Shown piece after piece: positions 11,416 through 25,822 of a DNA stretch of 64,000 nt (its first letter is position 1; the number at the start of each line of letters is the position of its first letter). The stretch lies in NCBI GenBank assembly GCA_040285855.1, contig JAUFOQ010000002.1, positions 3,100,001 to 3,164,000 on the forward strand. The letters are read 5' to 3'. The position numbers and the translations under genes were made by a program. Source of the stretch: Eukaryota sp. GEM-RC1 (lineage: Eukaryota). The notes below the pieces were generated by a model, which was not told where the DNA came from, made no database searches, and was given only the letters and a program-made list of their open reading frames with translations.

Positions 11416-12769
11416 CTAGGTATAGTATACCTGGAATTCCTCATTAAAAAAGAAAAACAACAGGGCCAAAGAAGTTAAAACAAAAATAAAGCTAACTGAA
11501 TATACGTAGTTATACGTAATTCTTGACAAGTTTCGCCTTGCCACCCATAAGTACATATACAAATACCGTAATAACATTCACCTCGCCCCCGACAATTCAT
11601 TGGACAATCAAATGTATCATCAACACCACAATTTTCATCAGCTTTGAGAGCGAATCCCAATCGTAAATGATCGAGGTCGACTGTCACGTAATAACTGATT
11701 AGTACTAATGAGCCAACGATAAACGTATTTGAGCTGTATTCTAGACTGTCGACAGGTTTGATTGCTAGGCAATGGGAAAGAATTCCATTGTCGATTTGAG
11801 TGACAAGGTAATTCGACGGCGGAATTTTTAAAGAAAAAGTGTCGAAAACAATGGTAATTTCTGGGAAAGAGTTAACGTGACGTGAGTGGATTTCAAAACA
11901 GAAACCATCAAAAAGTGACCGCGACTGAGATATACCAATCAAATGTGAGTAATGTTTGATAAAAAACTGATGTAATTCTTCAAAAACATCACGTGTTAAA
12001 AGCATATCTCGAGCGCCGGTATCAAAAATCAATTTAAACTGACCATCATAAGTCAGAAAACGTTTCTTAGAAATCAAAACATCCTTCATTTCAGCCACAA
12101 ACCCAGACTGATCAAGAAGTCTTACAAAATCAAACGGTGACGCAACAAGCTCGAAATTCACATCACCAATCATTAATTCTCCAATAGACCGCCCAAAACA
12201 GAAAGCCAAGAGAGAACTCGAATGATTCAGAAGTAGAGGCAGGACAGAACTTCCATAACAACCATCAACACATGGATCCAGAGAAGGAGAACCAATACCC
12301 AAGATTCCAGTGAGAGAGTCGGTTGGGATTGAGAGGAGGTCCAAGTTAGCAAGGGAGAAGATGAAGGGATCTGAGGGTTGGAAGGGAAGGATGTTTGGCG
12401 TTGTTGGGGTGAAGAAGGATAGATGACCAGCAACAACAGAACCATCAACAAATTGAACATTGAAGAGACATGGATCAAAGGAAGAGTTGTGGAGCGGTTC
12501 TGTTGGATGGAATGTAGTACATGGTTCAGTTAAGTGGCTATGGTTGAGATAAGGTGATACGGACTTGGAAAGAAATAAGGCAGGAGAACCAGTATCGCAC
12601 AGTAGAAGAAGATGTATGTCTTCACTAACAGTTTGTTCAAAAAATAATATCCAGAATACTTTGGAGATGAAGTTAGTTGATAAGTTGTAGGAGTTACGGT
12701 AGATGTAACAAGGCTATTACAGAAGACTCCATGATACAGAAGAGTAAGAAGTACAAGGATGTTGAACAT
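11416..12769 (-). CDS. Pepsin-like (A1) aspartic protease with C-terminal EGF-like domain and TM helix (frameshifted)
   Basis: Signal peptide; first catalytic motif LLCDTGS in an alternate frame near 12590; second motif LIFDTG; YYVTVDLDHLRLGFA; CPMNCRGRGECYYGICICTYGWQGETC. The 3' end is approximate. Confidence 0.85.
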
Positions 12770-12834
12770 CCATAAAGACTACAAAGGTTTGTTGATCAAA
12801 ATCTTCATCTCTACTTTTGTCCTCTTTCAACTAA

Positions 12835-14078
12835 ATGCCTCCTAAAGCAAAGAAAAAGACTTCTGGTAAAGCATCTGCTGCCAGTGGTACTGACTATGAA
12901 GCTATTGTACAAGAACTCAAATCTCGTATCGAAGAACTCGAAAACGAAGTCACTACATCTATTCAAGAACGCAACTTTTATCAACTTGACCGTGACAAAA
13001 TCAACTCTTTCTGGGAGATCACCAAAAGGACCTCGAACTCGCCCAAGCGGAACTCCGAAACAAAGAACGTGAAATGGAAGAAATGGAAGAACGCCATCAA
13101 ACCAAGATCATGCTTTTCAAACAACACTCCCACCATCTTGCTCACGAACATCAAAACAACATAACATTACTAAAGAAGCAACAAGAAGAGCATCTACGTA
13201 AACTTCAAGAAGAACATGTTCAAAAGGAAGCCGAGATTAGAAAGGAAAGAGCTGAGTTGAAGGCCCAGCTAAGAGAACTTAAGGTTGCACACGAGAACTC
13301 CACGTGGACACTTGTTCAAGACTTTGACCAGAATGTGTCCTCTCTTCGCCAGGAGACCGAGAACCAAATTAAGCAACTACAGATCAAGTATGAAACTAGG
13401 TTGAGGGAGCAGAGAGAACATTTGGAAGATAGGTTTAGAAATGAGTTGGAGGAGCTGGAGAACACTAAGAATGAACATATTCAGCTATTGATGTCTCAGC
13501 ATGATGAGGCGTTTGCTGGGATTAAGAATTATTATACTGATATTACCAGGAATAACGTGGAGATGATTAAGAAATTTAAGACAGAAGTGGCAAAGATGAA
13601 ACGAGCTGAAGCTGCGCAAGAAAAGCTAATGTTTGAGGTGTGCCAAGATAACAAGAAGATGCGAGAACCCTTGCAACAAGCTCAAACGGAAGTGGAAAGA
13701 TTACGTCATCAAGTGGCCAATCACGACAAAGACAAAGCTTCCTTGAATAGTACTAAGGTTAGACTTCGAGATACCGAAGGACAATTAAAGCGGTTATCGT
13801 GGGAGCACGAGGTTCTGTTGCAACGATTTGTTCAAATGGAGAAGGAGCGGGATGAGCTGTATAACAAGTTTGAGGACTTAGTGCAGGAGATTCAGCAGAA
13901 GAGCGGGCTTAAGAATCTACTGTTGCATAAGAAGGTGGCTGTTTTAAGTGAAGAGATTGAGAAAAAGGAGTCTCAGTTGGCAGAGGTTCTGTCAGTTGCT
14001 GCTGGAAATCAAATGGTTTCGGGGGGGAATATTGGCGGCCAGTATCAGTCAGTCAATGCTCCGAATGCACTTAGGTAG
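12835..14078 (+). CDS. GAS8: Dynein regulatory complex subunit 4 (GAS8/DRC4/trypanin), frameshift near 13030
   Basis: MPPKAKKK start, ERNFYQLDRDKINSFWEIT, AFAGIKNYYTDITRNN, EIQQKSGLKNLLL. Confidence 0.93.
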
Positions 14079-14495
14079 ATTATTTTAATTATTTAATTGA
14101 TTGGGCTTTTTTATTGTATTATAGGTTTTTGAATCGGAAACCAGGAAAGAAATGACTAAAATTATTAAATTAAATTGTTATGAATGTTTTTTTGACTGGA
14201 AGTCTATATCTTTTCTAGCCTAGCTCACAGTTTAACCTAAAAATTAGAATTTTACCACGAATACAATTGAACTCTCTTACTTGTTGTTATCCCCGTCATC
14301 ATTCGCAAAGACCAAAAGGCAACGACAAACGAGGATTATTCGACACGCACAATTTTGAGCATATTAATTCTGATTATTCTAATGTAATTAGGTTTTATAT
14401 TATAGATTAACGAAATACAAACAACTAGTACTTAAAAGATTATTCTTATTTTTTTCTGATTGAGCGGTATTTTTTTCTCATTGAAGGATCAGACC

Positions 14496-14520
14496 TGTCC
14501 ACACGTGTCTTCGAACATTG
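14496..14520 (-). repeat. Solo terminus of the CAGTGTTCGAA hAT MITE family
   Basis: Reverse complement matches 41891-41915 at 23/25 nt. Confidence 0.6.
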
Positions 14521-14871
14521 ACGTTGAACACTTTTTTACAACTTTTTTAACACTTTTTTTGAGCGTTCGAGAGGAACACTTTTTCGATACAACGAGTATA
14601 CAGCTAGCAAAGCTTTGGATTCTAAAAAAATGTATTTAAAGAAGAGCTGAAAAAAAATTAAAGAAGAACAATTGTTATCTATAACAACGCTCTTTATTAA
14701 ACGGCTTTAGTTGCTATTACAATGGAAAGAATGCAAGTTTGTTAATAGAAGTGGAGTTATAAAGATCAACTGTGTTAAAGTCCATAGTTATTGCTGAAGA
14801 GGACAACCAAGGACCAATCAAAATATTTCTGCTCTTATCTTTCATAATAGAGGTACATGTAGGCAAATTTT

Positions 14872-16643
14872 TTGCTTAGTGGACAAACTAAGCAAATGTG
14901 TTCTATACAAGAGAAATCTTTATCTACGTCTTCTCATGGCTCAACCCCAGCTTTGTCATACCTTCAGCCTTCGTTATTGGTACTGATCAATTCCTGCATT
15001 CTTCAAAAAATGTTAAAACATCAATTAAAGATAACACATCAGGTCAGTGTCCATCACCTCAACCGCATGCTACTAAACCTTTCCCCTTTCTTTGAAAATA
15101 TTGCTTATGTAAGTCATCGTTTCTTTGATTCTGTACTCTCTTCTATCAAGATCTTTTTAGAAAACCACACAGTCCCAACTAAACTCACTGAACTTAATCG
15201 ACTTTTTCATGTTTCTGCTTTCTTTGGAGCTGAGTTACAATCTGTATCTCTGATTGTCGACTCACAGTCTTCATCTCAATGCTTACTTGTCTCTTCTATC
15301 CCTATAACTGAACTATCGTTTAACTTTGACCTTCTTAAAGAGTTTGAATTTCTTGATCCCACATCTTCCTTCTTTTGCCTCATCTCAAACGACTTAATGT
15401 TGATGTGACTACGAACCTTTGGATTGGCGCTTTCTGTCATCGTTTAAGTTTAAATTCCACTGTTATTGATCTAAATATTAGTTTTCCTGGCTCTCTGGTC
15501 ACGTCATCACAAGTTAGTGACCTTGTTCAAATGTTTAAGTCTAATAATCATTTAAAAGTTGTGGCTGTTTCATTTTGTTCCAATGGAGATCCTGAAGATG
15601 AATTAGAATCTTTTTTTAATGCACTTTCTTTGAATAATTCTATTGAATCACTTGATTTATTAGATTTTGATGTTGAAGATTCAAATCTGGCTATTCCATT
15701 GCTACGTAGCTCAACTATTCAAAATTTAAAATTTCCCCAGGTTGAATTTATCGATTCTACAGTGTTCTCAGTGCTCAGAACAAACACTTCAATTAGAGAA
15801 CTCACTTTGGGAGCCAACTTTAATGCTGAAGATCTTTGTGAAGTTTTAAAATTTAATAAATGTTTAAGAAAACTGGAATTGAGACAATGTCCGCGTTTAT
15901 TATCACCAATTTTTAAATCTTTGGAATTCAATTCTACTTTGCTAGAGTTGGTAATTGAAAAGTCTTGCCAGAAGTTAGTTGACCACGAGTCCGAAGCTTT
16001 AGTTGATATGATTAAAATTAACAAGAATTTACTTGTTTTATATTTGACTGGTTCTCTTATTAACTCTAATCATTTTAATTACATTCTTTCTAGTTTCGAG
16101 AACAACTCAACATTAAAGAAAGTTTTTCTACCTTCATTAGATCTAGGTTGTTTAATGACTCTTTTTACTCACAAATCTTTCATCAGATCAAAATCTTTGA
16201 TTGATTATTCCCCTCACGTTGTCGATTCTTTAAGAGGAAAGTTTTCGTTTTTACCTGTGGTACTTACTAAAATCAACACTGTTGAAATGATGGCTTTACA
16301 GTCTTTTTTAATGTCTTTTAGAGTCAAAGAGCTCACATTTAGAAATTGTAATTTTACTAATGAATCATTGCTTGATTTGTGTGATTTAATCAGGCTCAAT
16401 GATTCCTTGACTTTTATTGACTTCAGTTACTGTGGCCTTTATAATCACAATGTCGTTTCATTACTTAAGGTTCTGCGGAATAATTCTTGTTCAAAGCTTA
16501 CTACCATCAATCTTTCAGGAAATTCTATCAGTAATGAAGGTGCGTTGGAATTGATGGAATTTTTAAAATTTGAATGTTCAATCGCAAAGGTTAATCTTCA
16601 AAGTAATCATTTTGATTCTGAAACAAAGGAATTTATTATATAA
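14872..16643 (+). CDS. RNI-like leucine-rich repeat protein (frameshifted)
   Basis: Repeated L..N..L..L.L motifs (e.g. LTTINLSGNSISNEGALEL) in ORF 15375-16643; upstream ORF overlaps in another frame. Confidence 0.75.
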
Positions 16644-16858
16644 TTCTCAATGAATACATGTACGATATTTCTTTAATACAATATGTTATTAGATTGTTTT
16701 TTAACTTATAAGTGAGAATTTTTCAAGAAAGTTTTTGAAAAGATCAATCCGAACATGACCATAATTTCACTTCAAATTCAAAAGAAGAGAACTAATAATT
16801 AATATAATTTATTCAAAGATTAAAAAGAATCAGAATAAAACAAAACTAAATACTGTAC

Positions 16859-18149
16859 TTATTTAAACCAAGGAATGGCTTTCCTGTCCTTAGGGAAGTA
16901 CCAGTCGTAAGACAAGAAAACTTCCTCGTCCTTCAAATGTCTAAGGGCATATAGACCAACCAGCTTTTCCCCATTGACATCATTAAAGTCCTTTAAGTAC
17001 GCATTATGCTCGGGGTGGTAGTTGGCGAACTTGCCCAAGCATATAGCATTAGTTCCGTCAAGGTACATCCCGTCTTTTCTTTGGACAATGTAGCTAGTAA
17101 AGGATCGTTTAGCTAATTTCTTTGAGATCTGAGCACCTCGCCAGTAGGCAATGAGATCATGAGGAATGAGGGTCCCAGAAACGAAAAGTCCGTTTCCTGC
17201 ATTAGTTAAAGTAGAAGGAGCCTTGTAGATTGAGAAAGGGCGTCCAGTAAGTAAGGACTTGCATGACACTAGAATGAATTACAAAGTTGAAACAAACTCG
17301 AACCGTCTTCATTCATTGTTCTTCCGATCCACATTAAAGAGAGATCGCTCACTTCCAAAGTCTTGTTTTTCATAATCTTCTTCTTCTCATCGTGTGCTTT
17401 CTGGAGTTAGAGTAGTCGATCCTCAACATACCAGCATGATGCATTCTTCACACACAAATGCAGTTCCTGTGTCCCATCTGTTTTCCACACATTCTACATG
17501 GAATGCCCACTTGCATAAGCCTTCGCAAAAGACAATATCCTTGACCTTTGCACTGGCCTCTTCCTCACAGATGGGACAACTCACTCCATACTCAACTCCT
17601 TCTGAGTCTGAGCTGGAGTCATCGATGTAGTATTCTCTTGCAGATGGTGTACTCTCACCTCACCAGTAGGGAGGTGAATGCAGGTTCGTTCCTCAGGGGG
17701 TAGATCAGCGTGTACTTTGACGGGTTGGGATGGCCTAAAGTTTAGGTGTTGCCACATTGTGTTGATTGCTGTAATTAGTATGCAGAACACCACATACTGG
17801 TAGTTACATGCTCGCACCCGGGAACTCCGCATTGATACTGGTGATCAGGTTTGGAGTTCAGAGCCTTACAGCGTCTACGATGGATGGTGAGAGCTCCTTT
17901 TTGGGTAAAGGGTTGATGGCAACCTTCACATTCGTGGGGTTTTTCACCTGTGTGGATGAGCATGTGTTGCCTCAGGTTGTAAGCTGAATTCAATGTCTAG
18001 GATTAGTTTGTGGTTAAACATACCTTGGAACATTCACTGCACTGAAACTTAGTTGAATGCTTGGCGGTTATGTGCTTCCTTAATCCATCCTTGGTTCCGA
18101 AAACTGCATCACAGTCCTTGTTAGTACAAGCATACCCTCTTGTGGACAT
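16859..18149 (-). CDS. C2H2 zinc finger - PHD finger - SET domain protein, spliced
   Basis: ATG 18149; introns 17997-18023, 17769-17797, 17401-17431, 17269-17297. C2H2 fingers with HTGEKP linker; PHD-like CPIC...[13 protein letters not shown]...CEEC; SET motifs [20 protein letters not shown]. One unresolved frame change near 17650-17740. Confidence 0.8.
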
Positions 18150-19710
18150 GTGAGAAGAATTAATGCCGGTAGAAAAGTGAATTTCTTCTGTTACACTTCA
18201 TTTATACGTGTGTTGTCAGAATTCTCATTTCCTCTTGTCTTACATCTTTATCTCTTCAATGTTTCTTCTTTGTGTCTACTATTGCTGCTACATATGTCCA
18301 ACCTGTACTCCCATCCGATGCTTCACTTCACTGGTTTTGTGTTTTCTTAGTTAAATTGGTGTTAGTTTGAAAGAGAAAGTGTGTCTAATGTCTCCTGTTT
18401 ATTTAATATCATCTAGATTCTTGGTCATTTTCTTACTTCAATTGGGTTTGAACATAGATCAAGTTTCAAAGACGTAGGGTTAGGTGTTCATAATAAGAAG
18501 GAGTTAGAATTATGATTAAATTTGGGATTAATTTCCAGTGATTGAATAATTAGTGGTGATTATTTCATTTTCACTGAAGCGGTTTTTTGTAATTTCATCA
18601 TTGGTTCTACTTGTACAACTTATGATTTCATTAACTTGGTTAATGATGGTTGGTGATACCAAAAGATGAACTAAGTGGTGGATATCATTATCGTGTAAAA
18701 GGTTTAACCTTTTTCATCTCAAAAAAAAGCTTTTATGTTGTTTTTGTTAACTGAATGATCATTAAATTGCAATAATTTTGCTTTTGAGTCTTGAGACATT
18801 AAATAATAGACATGTTGAAGAAAAACTCAAAATTGTAACTATTTTGTAGCATCATTTCAAAAACTCTTTTCAATATAATCTTTCCCCAACCCCTCAAACC
18901 ATCTATGTTTCCAAGACAGTGAACAGAGATCATTATGACTTAACTTAGAACATGAACATCGTTAACTGTTTAACATTATTGAACTACTACAATGCCTTTT
19001 TTTACGTACCAATAAAGATCATCATCAATATTAACAAAAGAATATTCAATACTGAACTATGGTATCAACTGTTTAACCACAACCAATCACTTTAATCAAA
19101 CCATGAACAACCAGTTTGTTTTTGGAAGTAGAAATGACTAAAAAATCATTTGCAAACCAATCAATTTTCAATTTCTTCAAATACAATTTGAAAGAATGAG
19201 TGCACTAACATTGTACTTCATTTATTGAAATGATTACTATTAAAAAAGTTACGGCTCACTGAAGACAATATTAGAATCGTACTCTTTCGGATATCAATTT
19301 CGTCTAAATCTTCTCTCCGTAACAATCGCCTAAAGAAACAGACTTCTATAGTTGTACATATATATATTTCCACCGTATGTTTTAAATTATAGAAATCTAA
19401 AAAACTGGTTATTCCTCTACTATTAGTAGTAGTTGTGGTTTAAACATATATTTTTCAATTTAAACCGGAAGAACATGTACAATAAGAAAAACTAAAAGTA
19501 GCAGCAGACTATTGGATTGCCACTAGTTGAATCATTTGTGGAATAACATTGAAACATACGAAATTTGTTATGACTATTACGTAGTGAAGATATCCATAAA
19601 TAACGATTGAACATAAGACTCATCACCTCTTCTTTTATAACAATACAAATAGTAGTTCTTTACAATGCCAGAAAGAAATTCTAGTACATAAGAAAACAGT
19701 TTTGTCACAG

Positions 19711-20889
19711 TCATTGTAAGAAAAAATGATTTGAATATAAGGCTAAAATACAAATGCAGCAGATTTGGAAAATCACAAAATTTCCAAAAATACGCTGCTC
19801 AAAAATTGGATAGAAATAATTAAAAGGCTGACGTTCTAAATCGACAACTTTTTTCAATTGGTGTAGACTTACTCTTGGAAAATTTAAAATTATTCCCATC
19901 TTTCACCTGATCCCTCTTAGATTTCCTTTTCGGTGACAATGTTTCAGGAAAAACTTTGTTAGCAGTGAAACTAGAAAACAGAGGTTCAAAATCAACAGGA
20001 CTATCAGTGGGAACACCTTCTTTAGGACCAAATGAGTCAAAAACGATTCCCTCTTCTCTTGAACTGAAAAGATATCTCGAACATAATCTTTTCGTATACT
20101 ATTGTACAATGGTTGAGATTGAGTCATCATTGGTGACGTGGCAACCTTTGGTGACGTGTAAGTGTGAGCTGGCAGTGGAGCAAAAGCACGTGATGAGTGT
20201 CGTGACCCTGATGAATGAGATCTATCACTTTTGATTGAAGGAGGAGAATCCAAACTAGGAAAGGAGCAACAATCATCAAGATCAATGTCAAAATCTTTCT
20301 CATCAACAGGAATATTTAATGAAGTTTCCGCAATATTTTGAATTTCACGTTTACGATCATGCTGGAGCGAACTTAATAGTTTCTTCGATGTCTTTGAAGT
20401 CAAAAAACTAATCTGTTTTTCAAGTTTCTCCATTTGCCGTTGATGCACTGGTTTGTAATACGATGAAGCTCTCTTAACGACGTTATTAGCCTCATCTGTG
20501 AACTCCTTCCTCCTCAATTCCTTCAACTTCTCCGTGGAAACCACCTTAGCTGAATTAGCCATAGAAGCAGAAACAGAGGAAGACTGACGTTCAATGGTGT
20601 AGGAGGAGGGAACAGGGGATAGACCAGCTTGCTCTCGTTTATGCTCCTTGATCTTATCGAGAATGTGGCTTCGGGTGATGGTTGACTGACGAGGGACAGG
20701 ACGGGGGATGTAATGGAAGTGAGGAGAAGAAGGTAGGGAGATTGATTTCTGTTTGAGATGTTTGCGGAAGTTGAGTAACCGTCGTTGAGAACCCTTGATT
20801 TGTTCAGGAGAAGTGACTGCAGTACTCTCGTCGAAAGTGGAATCACAACGAGAGCAACAAGAAGGGAATAGATGGTTATGAGTAGACAT
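19711..20889 (-). CDS. Hypothetical Ser/Lys-rich protein (frameshift near 20010)
   Basis: Long ORF 19903-20928 with ATG at 20889; probable continuation in the downstream frame. Confidence 0.55.
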
Positions 20890-21989
20890 TCTTTGCCATT
20901 GGTTGGAAATTAATGATTTCTGGCACACTCTACTACTACTGTTAGTAGTAGCTTAACTTTGGATGAACATCTATGTCCTTATCATCGCTGCATCTGATCT
21001 CCAGGTTCAATGTTGGTTGTCAGACTTAAGTATTCCTATCTACTACTACTCTTTTCCAACTGTCAACGGCGATCCTTCAGTAACAAATAACCGCAAGATC
21101 ATTGCTCCAAGATCGGCTACTGCTGATCATCCGAAAGTGGTCTCAAACGACAGTGGCCCGGAAAAATAGGAGCTTCGGAAAGTGGTCTGATGACGTCACC
21201 ACTGCCACGTCATCCGAAAGTGATATACCGGACTGCAAACTCCCATGGTCTCCTCCTTGCGTAAATCCTTAAGTCTGATCACGTCATCCATCTCGATCTA
21301 CAGTTGAACGAGTCGTTCTACCGTTACGAAGAGCTTCAGGAGTCCCTCCTGTTGACCTTCGCCACACTCATCATTTGTTTTTTTCAGGTGAGCTTTTTTC
21401 AGGAAAGAAACAGACCACTATTATATTCACTTGATCTCAATAGATTCTTCCAATCTAATACGTACATATCGATCTGTTTCTTTAAAGAATGTTCTCTCAA
21501 GAAGATGGCCAATGAATTCAAGGTTAAAAGATGAAATTACTTTCAGAACTGTAGTTTCTTAAGAATTTGTTACGGTGTATGTAAATATCTGTCTACGGTT
21601 TCGGAACTTAATCATTGATGACGTGGTATTGATGACGTGGCGATGTGAGAATCTCATACTGTTGTTTTGTTTCTTTGAAAATGTTTTGAGCGATAACATG
21701 TTCTTGTTCTTCTCAATTTCAAAAATTGTGATCGATCATTGATTTCTCTCTCTCTTTCTCAAATATTTGTGTAATTCTATTCAGTGGAGGAAGGAATTTT
21801 CACTACTCAGAATTTCACATTTTTTGAAATATTTAATTTTAGTTTGATTTCCAATTTTATACATTTTAAGTACAAATAGATTTCTTTTTGATGGTGACAA
21901 ACCAGTCCTCGACACAACCTTGCCAAAAAACTGACACGTGGCAATGTCAGAGCTCAAATGGTGTTTGTAACAAGCTTTCTCTATCCCAG

Positions 21990-22795
21990 TGAGTAATATT
22001 CCCAGACTATACAGCTTTCGATTAAACGTCGAAAGCTGGACCATAGATCTTCTTGAAAGCTTCTGGAGGAGTTTTCTTTGTTCTCAAGTCTTCTTGTTCA
22101 ACGCACTTTGTCAAGAACTTACTGCACCAGTCCCAGTTGGTCATTTTTGAAGGAAGAATCTCCGTAAGTAGTCTCAAGATGATCGCACTGGAAGTAAGTA
22201 GCGAGATAGAAGATGTCATAGACGTTGGTGTGACCGAAGAAAGAAGAACAAGAATAAGACGACACAGTGAAGTGAGAAGTAATTGGAGTTACTTCGAGAG
22301 TTGAAGTGTAGTTTTACATGGTCCAAGAATCAAAAGTCAGTAAGCTTTCCCTGTGAGTTTACTATAATGACATTCTGAGGTTTAATATCATGATGGACAA
22401 TTCCTTTTGAATGTAAGTAGGACAAGTTACTGGAATAATATGTTAAGAAAACTCAATTAACTTACTTGGAATAATATCCATATCTGCAGCCTTTTGATAC
22501 CAATTGAGTACACGTTTGTACATGATCTTTTTCGATTCCTTCTCCATTGAAACAGAATATCTGCTTGATATTTTTTCAATATTCCCAGACTATAAACGTC
22601 GAAAGCTGGACCATAGATCTTCTTGAAAGCTTCTGGAGGAGTGTACTTCGGAGTTACTTGGAGCGTAGATGTAGAGTTATACATTGTCCAAGAATCAAAA
22701 TCAGTAAGCTTTACCTGTGAGTTTACTATAATGACATTCTGAGGTTTAATATCGTGATGTACAACTTTTTTAGTAAAGATACTTTTATGGAACAA
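21990..22795 (-). pseudogene. Duplicated Ser/Thr protein kinase fragments
   Basis: HHDIKPQNVIIVNSQVKLTDFD...TPPEAFKKIYGPAFDVYSLGI in 22457-22795, with second broken copies at ~22300-22430 and ~21995-22075. Confidence 0.8.
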
Positions 22796-22816
22796 AATAA
22801 GTAAGATAAATACATA

Positions 22817-25800
22817 TTATTGCCCTACTAGGAAGTCTGCTTCAGATGATGCCAAGATTGCCGAAGTTGTTTTGTCTGTTGAGTCTAAACAGTCTGTTCT
22901 TGATTTCCAAGAGACTGTTTGTGAGCCTAAAATTAATTCATCAATTTCATTGACCTGTCTTTTTTGTGCTAAATCTGTTTCTGGGAAAAATAAATCCAAT
23001 CGTCCACTTCTTGTGTGTTTTGATTGTTCACCTATTGATGTATGTCGTCCACAATTTAGAATTCCTATCATGATATCTCCAATGGCGGCCGTTAATGTCG
23101 GGACTGCTCTTAGAAGTGTGACACAAATTTTACGTGGTGGAATTTGGAATCCCGCACCTTTTGGCGATATATGTTGTCAATTGTTAAGAAGTCCAATAGA
23201 AAAATTAAACCTGTTCTTAAGTCTCAAGTTAGTGATAAGTTTATTGCTAAAAGATTTCAAAATCTTGTTTTACGAGGTCAGTTTTCTTCTGCTTTGTCCT
23301 CCCTTAATCACACACTTCCAGCTGAAGTTTCTGTTGAAACTGTTGAAAAACTGAAAAAATTACACCCTGTTGAAGAATTTTCAGGCAATCCGGTTTTTGG
23401 TGAACTTTCCATGTCGTACTGGACTAACAAACCTGTTTTAGTTGATGAAATTTTACAATTAATTTCGTCATCCCCTTCTGGTCGTGCTGCTGGTCCTTCT
23501 GGTATGAGTTTTGATCATTTTAAAATTGCCGTTAATGCTGTTCCTGAAATTTGTGAAGATCTTGCTGTTTTCTTTAATGAAGTTTTATTAGGCACAAAGA
23601 AATTACCTCATGCTCTTTGCTCTTCTAGATTAGTGGCTTTAAGCAAACCAAATGGAGGTGTGAGACCAATTGCAGTGGGTGAAACAATTTCTCGTATTTT
23701 TTCAACTTTGTGCTTTAGGAGAGTCAGAGATTCCTCTGTTGAATTCTTTAGACCGTTTCAATTTGCAGTTGGAGTTCCTGATGGTACTACGTGTGCTGCT
23801 TTAACCTCTGATTTTCTTTTTCATTCAAATGAGGAAAATGCCATTTTGAACATTGATTTTAAAAATGCATTTAATTGTGTTTTAAGATCAACTATATCTG
23901 ACGAACTTTCTAAATTTTTTCCTCAGTTGATTCCCTATTTTAATATTTTTTATGGTAAAGCGTCGAATTTAATTTATGACAAGTTTGATATTAAATCAAC
24001 TAGAGGGGTTAAGCAAGGTGATCCTTTGGGTCCTTTTTTGTTTTGTCTCGCTCTGCAAAAATTATTTAAAATCTTACAATTAGAATTTCCAACTGTTAAA
24101 ATTTGTGCTTATGCTGATGATTCTTCGCTGATCGCTCCAGTTGACGTTCTCAAAAAGTGTTTTTCACGTTTCATCGAACTTTCTTTGAGTATTGGTTTAA
24201 CAATCAATTTTGATAAGTGTTTTCTTGTTGTTAAGTCTTCGAATGTTTCTAATCTTGGTTTTTGTAATATTCCTATCATCGATTATTCTACTCAATGTTT
24301 TCGTTTCCTTGGCACGTTTTTGGGAAATTTTGAGAAAATTCATTCAGAATTGGAGAGTTCATTAACTACAATTGAAGAAAAACTAAATCAAATATTATCT
24401 TTAGATGTGAGCAAACATGTTTCCTTTGCTATGCTTCAGGTCTGTTTTTCCGGGAAAATTAATCATTTTTTACGTTCATTAGACTATTCCCTTACTGAAA
24501 CATTTGCCAAGAAATGTAATTCTATTAGAACAAATTTTCTCTCTAACTTGGCTGAAATTGATGAGTCTAAGATTCCATTTCATGCTTTTTATTCTTCTGA
24601 ATTCGCAGGAGTAGGTTTCACCCATGCAAAAATCATTAGAAAATCTGCTCTTTTAGGAGGTGTTAAGAATTTTATGTTTGAATTTTTGAAACGGTTTCCC
24701 TTGGATGGAATCAATCTGTTGAATTCCAGTAATTGCCGTTGGATTCAATCTGCTAAAGATTTGTTATCATCTTTGTCTCCTGAAATGTGGGAATCTTTGT
24801 TCCCTGCTCATTTGAAGGAGACTCCTTTAAAAAATATTTCATCTCTACCATCTGCTGTATGTAAGCTGCAAAATAAATTGACAAGGAGTTTGAACTCTTG
24901 GACTTTAATAATCGTATTAGCTTGGCTAAAACTAATAGTCCCGAGTTCGCTGCTTTTTTAATCGATCTTTGTAATAGTGGACCTTCTGGATTTATTTCTC
25001 AAATTCCAAAGGTGTATGGATTACATCTATCTGATGAAGCTTGGATGATCAATATGCGTCTTCGTTTGGCTATTTGGCCTGCAAATTTATTAAACTATTC
25101 AACGTGCTCTTGTGGAGCTAATGGTGTTTTTCGTCATTTAATTAATTGTCGTTATTTTATTCATCTCCGTGCAGTAATTCATGATGGTGTACGTGATTCT
25201 TGTTATTCCATGTTTAAAGCACATGGTTTTCACTCTAAAGTTGAACCAGTTTTGAATCATCTTTCAGAAAATGAATTTACTGATCAAAAACGAGGGGATC
25301 TACATACTCCGTGGCTTAAATCGAGTCAAGCATTAATGGATTTTACTACAGTAGATGTATGTAACAAATCTTGTGTTAGTAGGATATTAGATTCTTCTTT
25401 TAATCCATTAACAGCAGCTGAAAAGCTCAAACACACCAAGTATGACTCTCAAGTAGAAGAATTAAATAGAAACTCATATTCCAAATTTGTGTTTCAACCT
25501 TTTGCTGTTTCTCTTTTGGATCTATTAGTCCTGCTGGTGATCAATTTTTCAAGGATTTCGAAGAATTGTGTAAAGAAAAGAAGCGTAAGTTTAGAATGGC
25601 TGAATGGAAAAACCGTATAGTGTTTTCCATATATCGAAATATGCCTTTCTATTTCTCTAGATTAATTGAGAAATTGTACAAGTTTGGTGTGAAGGTTCAT
25701 GTAGATAAACGTAATCTTTTACCGGGTGGTGATGAAGTCGTTTGGATTTAATCTTAGTATTATTTGTTTGTTTTTACAATTTCATAGTTTGTAGAAAGGT

Positions 25801-25822
25801 TACCTTATTGGGTGCCGAATAA
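22817..25822 (+). mobile_element. CRE-type non-LTR retrotransposon (RT + CCHC + restriction-like endonuclease), probably 5'-truncated
   Basis: GVRPIAVGE, IDFKNAFN, GVKQGDPLGP and YADD (RT); CSCG...HLINC, RAVIHDGVRD, RGDL, DFTTV, AEKLKHTKY, FQPFAVS (REL); frameshifts near 23140, 24900, 25510. Confidence 0.9.

Noticed and set aside
18150..19700. Long ORF-free AT-rich stretch as an RNA gene or element
   Set aside because: No tRNA/rRNA/snRNA motif, TIR or TSD could be supported; the same applies to 32400-33260.
21180..21225. CTGATGA...CGAAA as a hammerhead ribozyme core
   Set aside because: The segment between CUGAUGA and GAAA cannot form stem II; GATGACGT instead pairs with ACGTCATC, and stems I/III are not evident.
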